Shown here: piece after piece, positions 20,090-28,389 of the stretch
Numbering within the stretch: the stretch's first letter is position 1
Layout: each line of letters begins with the position of its first letter
Made by a program: the position numbers and the translations under genes
Origin: a virus
Lineage: Duplodnaviria; Heunggongvirae; Uroviricota; Caudoviricetes
Reading direction: 5' to 3' (one strand)
DNA length: 64,000 nucleotides
IMG/VR virus record: IMGVR_UViG_3300023171_000010
Location: 1 to 64,000 of that record
Notes under the pieces: generated by a model
What the model was told of the DNA's origin: nothing
Seen by the model: the letters and a program-made list of their open reading frames with translations, nothing else
Database searches by the model: none

Positions 20090-20340
20090 TTATTTATTTT
20101 TAGGTTTCTTTGCTTTTTGTTGTTCTGCAAATTGATCTTGAAGTGAATCATAAACATCGAGCAGTTCTAACATTTTATAAAGCTGCCTAGTAGAATACTT
20201 GCTATCCATCTGTGCGGCTATTTCAAGCCCGCCTTTTTCGTGCATCGCTATTCTATAAATCTGCCAGGACTGAGAGAATGTCTCATCGATATTCTTCTCT
20301 AAAGGTGTAGGGGGTTTTCTATCTCCCGATCCAGATCTTA
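20090..20340 (-). CDS. -1 frame extension of tail assembly chaperone (GT-like frameshift product, putative)
   Basis: Frame -1 relative to the chaperone is open from inside its 3' end to TAA at 20092-20090 (about 90 codons); GTTTTTC run near the junction. Confidence 0.35.
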
Positions 20341-20658
20341 CTCTTCTGAATCGGGCTGTTGAAAAACATCGGCAAAGTTATACATGAGAACTTCTTGATA
20401 GAGCTTTTGTAAATGTCCATATTTACGAGAAAAGGCAGAGTCAAAAGTCTCTGCTGTAATCGTACGATTATTCTTGGATACATATTTACAGATGATTTGT
20501 TTCATCTGACTCAAATCTGCTTTACCACTATCAATTGCTTCTTGGTGCTTCTCTAGGAATTTCAAACCTTCTGTGGCAGGCATTGCCTGCACAAGGTACT
20601 CAATGTCATCTAGAGTAATAGTAGTTTGTTCGGGTAGTTCAAATTGTGGAGCTGCCAT
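20338..20658 (-). CDS. tail assembly chaperone (G-like)
   Basis: 106-aa acidic protein between tube and tape measure. Confidence 0.5.
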   Translation of the reverse strand: MAAPQFELPEQTTITLDDIEYLVQAMPATEGLKFLEKHQEAIDSGKADLSQMKQIICKYVSKNNRTITAETFDSAFSRKYGHLQKLYQEVLMYNFADVFQQPDSEE

Positions 20659-20668
20659 TTATTTTATC

Positions 20669-21166
20669 TCAGATTAAATTGTTTACAAAATCACTAGCTT
20701 CATTAACAATACTGTCAAAGATGCTAGTAGATGGTCTTGTATTACCAGCAACTGTATAAGTATCGGTGGTTTGACAAAATATCTCCCAATTCCGATATTC
20801 AAACTGTCCAGAATACGTGGCTGTAGGGTATCCTACGATATAGGCTTCATTAGACGAATATACACTAGCACCTGATCTGTCTTTTAAAGTAAGAGAAATA
20901 CGTGCTGTACCTTCCTCTAAATCTAATTCATGAATATAAGATAGTACATCATTACTAGGGGAAAATTGAATAAGTGGTATTGTGATTGTGCAAGAGCTGT
21001 CCACATTAAGGACTCTTGTATGCTTACCCCGAATACCCCTTATTACTGTAAACCCTTTTGCGCTTCTAGAGATAGAAATACTTTCCCAGCCGACTACAGT
21101 ATATCCACCAATAATTAGCTGTACATCTTTTGGTGAGTAAGTTGTTACTGTAAAACTATTAGCCAT
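20669..21166 (-). CDS. tail tube protein paralog C
   Basis: 165 aa; shares GF.DGTFIS / SPSNDVL / KDRSG motifs with ORFs 22228-22731 and 22779-23312. Confidence 0.5.
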   Translation of the reverse strand: MANSFTVTTYSPKDVQLIIGGYTVVGWESISISRSAKGFTVIRGIRGKHTRVLNVDSSCTITIPLIQFSPSNDVLSYIHELDLEEGTARISLTLKDRSGASVYSSNEAYIVGYPTATYSGQFEYRNWEIFCQTTDTYTVAGNTRPSTSIFDSIVNEASDFVNNLI

Positions 21167-21178
21167 TACGGGGTTCCT

Positions 21179-22171
21179 TCATATTTGTAGCCCGCCGAAC
21201 TCTTCATAAATCGAAACAATTACATCTATATTACTGAAATAAGAAGTTTCGGTATAACCGTCCATGATTTCTTCCTTTGGTAATACTGAGCAGTCAATCC
21301 TATTTTTACATTCCCTTTCGGCCATCAAGCACATAGCCTCATTAGGAAATTCCCATATACCAAGTGTTCTTAACGTGTACACTGTTTTGGAACTCTGCTC
21401 TTTTAGTCTACGTACTGGACTTCTGGCAACGCCAAACTTAACAGCAATTATATTTAAAGAATCATAAATCCCTGTTATATACGCCTTATTAGAGTTTGTT
21501 TTCCTACAAGCGCAGGGCAGACAACCATTTTGTAAAGATCCTGTATAAGATTCTGCCTCTTCATTGCACACGGGGCAAAACATTTTCCAGTATGTTTTGT
21601 ATCCATAAGAGTTGAGTCTATCACTTCTCCAGAATTTAGTTTCTGGATGAAAAACTCCAAGTCTCATAAAAGATTTAATCATATCTATATCAGGCTTAGT
21701 TAACCGTTTTGAGGTCAGCTCGGATTTACAATCTGAACATCCTTTATAGTTACGATTAACTAAATAACTGATTTTGTTGACTTCGTATTGACCGTGTTCA
21801 GGACAACTTAGTAAGCACTTAGTTTTAGCACCTTTAAACTCACCAATAAAGCCAATAAAAACCACTCCAATTTCAGTAGCCTTTCTTGAACACAGGACAG
21901 AATGTTGGTCTTTTGACCACTTGGGGATTCTACTGCAACCACAAGGTAGTGTACCTTTGCTAATTTCAGACTTAATTATTCTAAAATAACCCTGCCCAAA
22001 TAATTCAGGATCTTTTGAGCAAATATGACATTTAGCTATGTAAAACTTTTTAGTACCTTGTTTACCAGTCCACCCTACAATCTCCAGTTGGTTATGTGGG
22101 CCAAAACAGTCGCCAACTAAAGAGTCTTTGCATAACTCAAAATTCGAGTCCAAAAGTTTTTCTAAGTCCAT
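21179..22171 (-). CDS. freestanding homing endonuclease candidate (Cys-rich Zn-finger region + GIY-YIG/T5orf172-like C-terminal domain)
   Basis: 330 aa inserted between tube paralogs; several CxxC pairs; C-terminal GIYDSLNIIAVKFGVARSPVRRLKEQ...GYTETSYF resembles a T5orf172/GIY-YIG core. Confidence 0.4.
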   Translation of the reverse strand: MDLEKLLDSNFELCKDSLVGDCFGPHNQLEIVGWTGKQGTKKFYIAKCHICSKDPELFGQGYFRIIKSEISKGTLPCGCSRIPKWSKDQHSVLCSRKATEIGVVFIGFIGEFKGAKTKCLLSCPEHGQYEVNKISYLVNRNYKGCSDCKSELTSKRLTKPDIDMIKSFMRLGVFHPETKFWRSDRLNSYGYKTYWKMFCPVCNEEAESYTGSLQNGCLPCACRKTNSNKAYITGIYDSLNIIAVKFGVARSPVRRLKEQSSKTVYTLRTLGIWEFPNEAMCLMAERECKNRIDCSVLPKEEIMDGYTETSYFSNIDVIVSIYEEFGGLQI

Positions 22172-22227
22172 GGATAATCCCTTTATTGTGATTTAGGGAT
22201 TTTACAAGAAAAACTTAAAAATGTCAA

Positions 22228-22731
22228 CTAAATTATTCCTTGCAGTGCCGGTAATGCTCCAATTGCCAAGTTTACAAGATCTTGAACAAGACTTTCTTCG
22301 CTAGAATTGCTACCATAGTTGATTATGGCTTGAGACGACCTTAGTACCCATGTCCTTGTATCTATGCCACTACTCTTACTCATCGTAGGTAATCCTTCGA
22401 TCCAAGTGTTGGTGGAGAATAATAAGTCAGAGCCAGATCTATCTTTCACAAATAAACTAAATTTCCCTTTTTGACTGATTTCGTCTAACTGCCAGAACTT
22501 AGTCAAAACATCATTGGAAGGAGAGCCACAATGTAGTGTCAATGTAATCGTATAAGTTTGGTCATTGTTGTAAATTCTTCCTACCATTCCATCAGCTGTC
22601 CTGCCTGATGAAAAGGGTACTAGGTCTTTTGTGACACTTATGAATGTCCCATCAATAAACCCGCTTACAGGGAGGATACCACCTATTAAGCAAGAAACTT
22701 CATCGGGACAGTAATTGAAGATATCTGCCAT
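22228..22731 (-). CDS. tail tube protein paralog B
   Basis: 167 aa; GFIDGTFISV, SPSNDVL and KDRSG motifs. Confidence 0.5.
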   Translation of the reverse strand: MADIFNYCPDEVSCLIGGILPVSGFIDGTFISVTKDLVPFSSGRTADGMVGRIYNNDQTYTITLTLHCGSPSNDVLTKFWQLDEISQKGKFSLFVKDRSGSDLLFSTNTWIEGLPTMSKSSGIDTRTWVLRSSQAIINYGSNSSEESLVQDLVNLAIGALPALQGII

Positions 22732-22778
22732 ACCCTTTCCTTAAAATAAGAAAGGGGGAGATTAATCCCCCATATCTA

Positions 22779-23312
22779 TTACTGATTACCCAGCTGCCAA
22801 CGAGCTTCTACAGTACCACCAACGGCGTTAACTGCTGCAACATCTGCTGCACTAAGAAGCATATTACCACCAATGAACAGGTCACTACCAAACATGTAGA
22901 TATTCCAATCACGAGTTTCTGTAGTCGAGCTAAAAGAAGCATTCGCAGGCGCTGCAATGATAGCATTGCTTGAAGATACTACAGTCTGCCCACTCAAATC
23001 TTTCATAGTGCAAGAGAACACCCAGTCATTGCCTGGGTTGTTTGCGTCAGCATTCTGAAGTGCTTGAAGGACAGTATTTGATGGTGAATACTGATGGAGT
23101 GTTACAGTAACATTCATCGCTGTAACACGACGCTTTACTCGACCAAAAGCATTATCACCTACACCTTGATAAGGCTCTGATGTTGGGACAATTCGATCCA
23201 TAGAGATGAAAGTGCCATCTGCAAAACCTGTTACTCGGTGAATAAAATCACCTTTACTTAGGATGATTGTAAAATCATCCGGCAAATAATTGCCAATTCC
23301 TGTGTCAGACAT
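22779..23312 (-). CDS. tail tube protein paralog A (probable major tube)
   Basis: 177 aa immediately after sheath gene; GFADGTFISM and SPSNTVL motifs. Confidence 0.5.
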   Translation of the reverse strand: MSDTGIGNYLPDDFTIILSKGDFIHRVTGFADGTFISMDRIVPTSEPYQGVGDNAFGRVKRRVTAMNVTVTLHQYSPSNTVLQALQNADANNPGNDWVFSCTMKDLSGQTVVSSSNAIIAAPANASFSSTTETRDWNIYMFGSDLFIGGNMLLSAADVAAVNAVGGTVEARWQLGNQ

Positions 23313-23327
23313 TTATAATTATCCTAT

Positions 23328-24620
23328 TTATACAGACAGGTAAAATTCAATATCCACAAAACGCACACTGCCTTGTAGGCGAGCACGGATTACGAAAACA
23401 CCCGCTGCACGTTGTGCACGTAGAGTAGGACTAATAGACAGGACAGGGGGTGTCTGAACAGTCCAACCACGATCAATGAGGCCATTGGCTTCCGCTTGTG
23501 AAAGAACAGCACGGATTTCATTCTCAACAACAATAAGACCTGGGTCTGTCATTGGAATTTTTAGGCTGTTAATAATACGGAAATAGATACCTTCTTGTAA
23601 ACGAGCTTTCAGCCAGTCTTTGCCAATTTGAACATCGATCGGTTTTCCGTCAAACATATCACCATTCATGAAAACATTTACACCACCTTTGGCAATGTAG
23701 TAGTTCCATGATTTATCTTTAAGATTGGTAATCTGAGTACCGGAAAGTTTGCTTACAGTTACACCATTAGCCCTTTTGAAATCCCAATCATTGGCACCTG
23801 GAGTAACAGCGAGTTGAGACCCAGCCCAAGCCGCTTCTGGAAATTCTGTAGCTGCTGTTGGTAAATACACACCAAAAGTACGACCAGCAGATTTAGCATT
23901 AAGTTTAGCACCGATATCAGTTGTTCCGGCTGTAGGGGCCACAACATCAGCTGAAGAAAGACCGTAGATCTTCTCACGAGCTTGAATTGCATCAGAAAGA
24001 GCTTCTTGCTCTGCTTCTACTTGCGTTTCTGAAAGGAGGAGATACCAAGTATCGTTATCTTGTTCCACGGCCTCAAGAGCTTCAACCCAATCTTCTGTAG
24101 GAGCAACATTTACCAAGGAAATATTAGGGGAAGATTTTACACTCCAAGCACTACCTGGTGTAGTTGGGGCTACAGTAAAAGTGCCATCCAAGTTGTCGGT
24201 AAAATTAATTCCAGTTGGAGTACCTACAGCGGTGTCTAAACCAGCAACGATTTCAATTGCTGTAGCCGAAGCGTCAGAAGTAAAACTGTGAGCTGTATCA
24301 TTAATCGTAATAGTATACACTGTATTATTTGTTACAGTAACACTACCATTAACAGTGTCAACTTGTCTACGACCAACAATTACTGCTGGAGGTGGAGCAC
24401 CTAGAACGCTAGTCTGCCCAAAAAGTTTTGCTGCCATACGGTAAGTATTGCTAGTTGATGCAAAATCTGCACCTACTGCTGCAATACTCGTGTATGTTCT
24501 AGACCTTTCAGAGAAATTTGTAAACGTATTTAGAATCAGGGGGTATTGAAAAGAAGCTGTACTGATAGCTGTGGATTCATCATAAATGACAACCCTGACT
24601 ACATCATCCAGTTCACTCAT
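23328..24620 (-). CDS. tail sheath protein
   Basis: 430 aa upstream of tube genes; contains an inserted Ig-like module shared with baseplate J. Confidence 0.6.
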   Translation of the reverse strand: MSELDDVVRVVIYDESTAISTASFQYPLILNTFTNFSERSRTYTSIAAVGADFASTSNTYRMAAKLFGQTSVLGAPPPAVIVGRRQVDTVNGSVTVTNNTVYTITINDTAHSFTSDASATAIEIVAGLDTAVGTPTGINFTDNLDGTFTVAPTTPGSAWSVKSSPNISLVNVAPTEDWVEALEAVEQDNDTWYLLLSETQVEAEQEALSDAIQAREKIYGLSSADVVAPTAGTTDIGAKLNAKSAGRTFGVYLPTAATEFPEAAWAGSQLAVTPGANDWDFKRANGVTVSKLSGTQITNLKDKSWNYYIAKGGVNVFMNGDMFDGKPIDVQIGKDWLKARLQEGIYFRIINSLKIPMTDPGLIVVENEIRAVLSQAEANGLIDRGWTVQTPPVLSISPTLRAQRAAGVFVIRARLQGSVRFVDIEFYLSV

Positions 24621-24652
24621 ATTTTATTCCTATAATTGGGGCAGTGTTTCCA

Positions 24653-25192
24653 CTACGGATAAATAATGCCAGGAGGCACTGAGAAGATAAGGGGTGGAAC
24701 AGATATGTTATCCCCAATTACTACTGCTTCTACTACATCAACCACTTGCTGTGTATTAACAACATAATTGAATGTTACGTCAATATTATGATATTCAACC
24801 CACTTAGTATCTCTTTTTTGTGGTGCTCTACGTATTTGACTTTTACGCATAACACCAAGATTATTCTTTTTAAGAGTTTCTAAAGCTAAAGGGTTTTGAT
24901 TAATCCTTTGAATAAAACTTTGAGCCATATCACCAGACTCAGAACCAATAAAACTAAATTGAACAAGGCATTCATAGAAAGCTTGTATAGTCAGCTGTTC
25001 ATTGGTGTTTGTAAGTACTGAGGTACTATGATGCCCTTGCTGTTCTATACTCAGTATGTTAATAGCACAATAACTTTTTGAAGGTTCTGTCCCATTTTGA
25101 TGAGAGAGTATCACAAGAGGGTTTGTAAATTCAGATAAGGCTGTAGTTGCAGCCTCAATAAGGCCGTCACTAACATCACTATAAATTGACAT
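24653..25192 (-). CDS. tail completion / neck protein
   Basis: 179 aa between connector genes and sheath. Confidence 0.35.
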   Translation of the reverse strand: MSIYSDVSDGLIEAATTALSEFTNPLVILSHQNGTEPSKSYCAINILSIEQQGHHSTSVLTNTNEQLTIQAFYECLVQFSFIGSESGDMAQSFIQRINQNPLALETLKKNNLGVMRKSQIRRAPQKRDTKWVEYHNIDVTFNYVVNTQQVVDVVEAVVIGDNISVPPLIFSVPPGIIYP

Positions 25193-25674
25193 TAGGGGGA
25201 AGTCCTTTTATCTACTTTAAAATCAATAGAGTCATACAGAAGTCCACTATCAATAAGTGGATTATCAAACCCTTTAAGTGCAACTGTAACAGGACTATTT
25301 CTAGGAGAATCCCACTTCTCTACGGCGTCTTTAAGGCCAACCTTAGCCACCATACCTAATCTTACATACTCTTGCTTAAAGGTGCTTTTTCCTTCGGCAA
25401 TTCTCTGTATACTCTCGATGAAATAATTATCATACGAGCCTTTTTTGATGGGCGCCATAAACCCAACACGAATAGCTGGGCGGGTGGGGATATTCTTAGC
25501 TGGTAATCCTTCTTCTTGCCACTGCCACACTTGTGCTACAGCTAAGTTGTCATTATCAGAACCATAATTTACAGGCTCTACAATTCCAACCTGAAGCTCT
25601 TGACCAGAAGCTTTGAGAAGATCCTTTTTCATCTTATCCCACACAGAAGTATCTACTTTTAATGTAAACGCCAT
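25192..25674 (-). CDS. tail terminator / neck protein
   Basis: 160 aa, position. Confidence 0.35.
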   Translation of the reverse strand: MAFTLKVDTSVWDKMKKDLLKASGQELQVGIVEPVNYGSDNDNLAVAQVWQWQEEGLPAKNIPTRPAIRVGFMAPIKKGSYDNYFIESIQRIAEGKSTFKQEYVRLGMVAKVGLKDAVEKWDSPRNSPVTVALKGFDNPLIDSGLLYDSIDFKVDKRTSP

Positions 25675-25683
25675 AGATACTCC

Positions 25684-26070
25684 TTATGTCGATGGTGCAT
25701 CTGGGGTAAGTTCTATCCTTGCAGCTTGAATTTTCACATGCTCCAAAATTCCCATTCCGTTGGTCCAATCATCAACCTTCATGATTTTATAACGGTCATT
25801 CTTCCAAATGAATTCATCTGCAGACCAGCCACCAGTCCCTTCCTTGAGAGTACGAGCGTAATCAGCAGAGTAGAATTTGACCCAAGCTCTTGTTCTATCA
25901 GCTTCTGGAAGCATTAGGATTTCATAAGGCTTAAGTGGCTGGATATTGACCTGCAAAACTATTTCAGAAGTAGATCCTTCTACCCACCTACCATTAACAT
26001 AAGAGCCTTCAGATTTACGAAAGATTGTTAATGGAATCTTGTGTGTCAAAAGGAATTGAGGTCTTAACAT
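25684..26070 (-). CDS. head-tail joining protein
   Basis: 128 aa, position. Confidence 0.35.
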   Translation of the reverse strand: MLRPQFLLTHKIPLTIFRKSEGSYVNGRWVEGSTSEIVLQVNIQPLKPYEILMLPEADRTRAWVKFYSADYARTLKEGTGGWSADEFIWKNDRYKIMKVDDWTNGMGILEHVKIQAARIELTPDAPST

Positions 26071-26079
26071 TTCAACTCC

Positions 26080-26541
26080 TTAAGGAATCACAATAAATTG
26101 AACACCAAAACTATCTCCACATCCGCAACCACATCTGTCATCACAATCACAAGTTTTAATTTGTGTAAGTTTAGGACGAACATTGTCCGAGTTATGGTTA
26201 TTGGCACAAACATCTGACCAACTAATCCCACCAGCCCAAGGCATCATTCCATTAGGCAGATTAACAATTGGGTTGTCAATTAGATTACCAAGAGCTTTTA
26301 AATATTGAGTAGAGAGAGATGACCACACTTCAATATCACCAGTACGCTCTCTTGTACTCCAACCAGCCAATTGAAAGCTTGCAGAAATTGCAGCCATCCT
26401 TGCAGCTAATTGAACATTTCCATTATTCTGATCTAGAAAGAATTGTATTTCATCGTCAGTGAACAGCTGATAGAAGGGCGATGTGGGGACATCACCGATC
26501 AAAATTCTAACTTGTTGAATGGGCGTTAAGGCCATAGCCAC
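26080..26541 (-). CDS. head-tail connector/adaptor protein with C-terminal Cys cluster
   Basis: 153 aa; C-terminal CDCDDRCGCGCGD motif; position downstream of capsid gene. Confidence 0.4.
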   Translation of the reverse strand: MAMALTPIQQVRILIGDVPTSPFYQLFTDDEIQFFLDQNNGNVQLAARMAAISASFQLAGWSTRERTGDIEVWSSLSTQYLKALGNLIDNPIVNLPNGMMPWAGGISWSDVCANNHNSDNVRPKLTQIKTCDCDDRCGCGCGDSFGVQFIVIP

Positions 26542-26558
26542 TCCTTTAAAAGTAAGGA

Positions 26559-26575
26559 GGGCAGACTAGCTGCCC
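26559..26575 (-). terminator. hairpin terminator/attenuator after small capsid-associated gene
   Basis: GGGCAG-ACTA-GCTGCCC stem followed on the - strand by a T-rich tract. Confidence 0.4.
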
Positions 26576-26580
26576 GGTTT

Positions 26581-26805
26581 TTAAGCGACAATACCAGCAG
26601 TCTTAAGTTTAGCTAGAAAAGCATTCAACTCCACAATAAGGGCTGCTGTATCAGCACCCGCGAAGTTAGCTTGAGTTGCAGCCTTCTTTACAGTGCCATT
26701 GACAGTAGTAGTTGCAACAGGAACACCAGCGCCAGAATTTACTTGAGCAGCAATAGAATTAACTGCCTCAATATAACCTGCACCAACTGTTGGGGTAACA
26801 GCCAT
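26581..26805 (-). CDS. small Ala/Val-rich virion protein (capsid-associated?)
   Basis: Start at internal Met (MAVTPTVG...) because the track's N-terminus runs into the capsid-gene terminator hairpin. Confidence 0.4.
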   Translation of the reverse strand: MAVTPTVGAGYIEAVNSIAAQVNSGAGVPVATTTVNGTVKKAATQANFAGADTAALIVELNAFLAKLKTAGIVA

Positions 26806-26823
26806 ATTTATATCTCCAAAGAA

Positions 26824-26839
26824 GGGGCTTTTCAGCCCC
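26824..26839 (-). terminator. intrinsic terminator after major capsid gene
   Basis: GGGGCT-GAAA-AGCCCC hairpin followed by TTCTTT on the - strand. Confidence 0.5.
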
Positions 26840-26847
26840 ATTCAGAT

Positions 26848-27936
26848 TTAGGCAGCGATACTTACGCGAACCAGGGCTTGAGGACGCAGTACAGCGTTCA
26901 TGAAGTTAGATTCAGACATGATTTCAATGAAATCGTCTTTCTCGTTCATGTATTCAAACCAGTAAGCTTCTTGGGCAGTTTGGTTAACAGTTGCAAAACG
27001 GTTTGCCGGGGCAAAATAAGTTTTGAACAGTGCAGCAGCAGCCACTTGTGGGAACACATACGCATCACCAGCTGGGATGTAAGGAACAGTTGCACCAGTT
27101 ACACGATCGGTGTAGCTACCACGATATTCGATCCACAGAATACCACCATAGCTAAAGGTGCGATAACGAGCATCCAGACCATACACGTTAGCAGTTAGAC
27201 GACCAGTCAGAACGTCAGCACCACGATCACGAGCGTAGTATTTGTAAGCATCTACTACGAAAGGATGGGTGATCAGTGCATTGAAGAAAGAAGGTGAGCA
27301 GACAGCAATCATACCTTCAACAACCTGACCAGACTGAATACCATCTTGAACACCAGCAATGATAGGCTCAACACTTTCCAGAGGATCGGTAGCGAGACTG
27401 TTCAAAGGCATGGTCAATTCAGTACGGGTAACACCAAACTCGTTGTACCAGTTAATGGTAGCACCGTAAGATTGACGCAGAGTACCACTTGGAGCATATA
27501 CGGAACCAGTGGTGATCAGTTGAGCACGAGCAGCCTCAAGAGTCACAGCGTGGTTCATACGCATTTGTTGCATTTTACGGGCACGAGTACCAGCAACAGT
27601 TTCAGTTTGGATACCAGCGAAAACGTTATCCCAAGCAACAACACCGTCAACATCATTTGGAGTAATTGCATCATCCAAAGGGAAGTGAGGAATAGAAGCA
27701 GTCAGATAGCTACGAGTTGGGCCACGGGAAGCGTTGTTACGTTCATCCCAGTTACGGTCTGGGATCAAACCTTCGTTCCAAGTGGTACGAGGAACCAGAA
27801 CAGTCTTTTGGGTTTTACGTTCAGTGTCGAAGATACCCAATTGGTTGAACAGACCCCAAGAGTTGGGGACGATCATGATATCTTCGGACAGGTCTACTAC
27901 GCGGTTGAAGTCCGTAGGATTATAAGAAAGTGGCAT
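26848..27936 (-). CDS. major capsid protein
   Basis: 362 aa between protease/scaffold gene and connector genes; GGAG RBS; followed by a strong terminator. Confidence 0.6.
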   Translation of the reverse strand: MPLSYNPTDFNRVVDLSEDIMIVPNSWGLFNQLGIFDTERKTQKTVLVPRTTWNEGLIPDRNWDERNNASRGPTRSYLTASIPHFPLDDAITPNDVDGVVAWDNVFAGIQTETVAGTRARKMQQMRMNHAVTLEAARAQLITTGSVYAPSGTLRQSYGATINWYNEFGVTRTELTMPLNSLATDPLESVEPIIAGVQDGIQSGQVVEGMIAVCSPSFFNALITHPFVVDAYKYYARDRGADVLTGRLTANVYGLDARYRTFSYGGILWIEYRGSYTDRVTGATVPYIPAGDAYVFPQVAAAALFKTYFAPANRFATVNQTAQEAYWFEYMNEKDDFIEIMSESNFMNAVLRPQALVRVSIAA

Positions 27937-27954
27937 AGTTATTTAAGCTCCAGA

Positions 27955-28389
27955 TTAAACAGTAAGTTCAAGAATGACGCCCTGCTCTTTGAGCAAGTGA
28001 CGCAGACCTTCGAATTGAGTGGTGTTCAGGAAACCAGAAGTGGCCTGACGTACTGGGTAATCTTTCAGGATTACGTTGTCACGGACATAACCAACAGCAT
28101 TGTCGGTAGTTTCAGCAGCCAGCAAAGTGAAGCCTTGTGGCTTAGCGCAATATTCGTCACCAAACAGAACGATGAATTCGTTAGTAGCAACAAGCTGTGC
28201 AGCAGCAGACAGAAGAGTGTAAGCAGTGTCAGTTGCAGCTTTTGCACGATAAGCAACCATACCCATTACAACAGGAGTATCAGCAGCTACGTCAACAAAG
28301 ACAACTTCACGGGCATAACCAACACTAGGATCACGTTCATGAACTACAAGGTCGGACAGTTGGGTAAAACCACGAACTACGATGGGCAT
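27955..28389 (-). CDS. capsid-associated/decoration protein
   Basis: 144 aa between scaffold-protease and capsid genes. Confidence 0.4.
   Translation of the reverse strand: MPIVVRGFTQLSDLVVHERDPSVGYAREVVFVDVAADTPVVMGMVAYRAKAATDTAYTLLSAAAQLVATNEFIVLFGDEYCAKPQGFTLLAAETTDNAVGYVRDNVILKDYPVRQATSGFLNTTQFEGLRHLLKEQGVILELTV

Noticed and set aside
26671-27198. 175-aa + strand ORF
   Set aside because: Antisense to the capsid gene and the small virion protein; Cys/Ser-rich nonsense composition.
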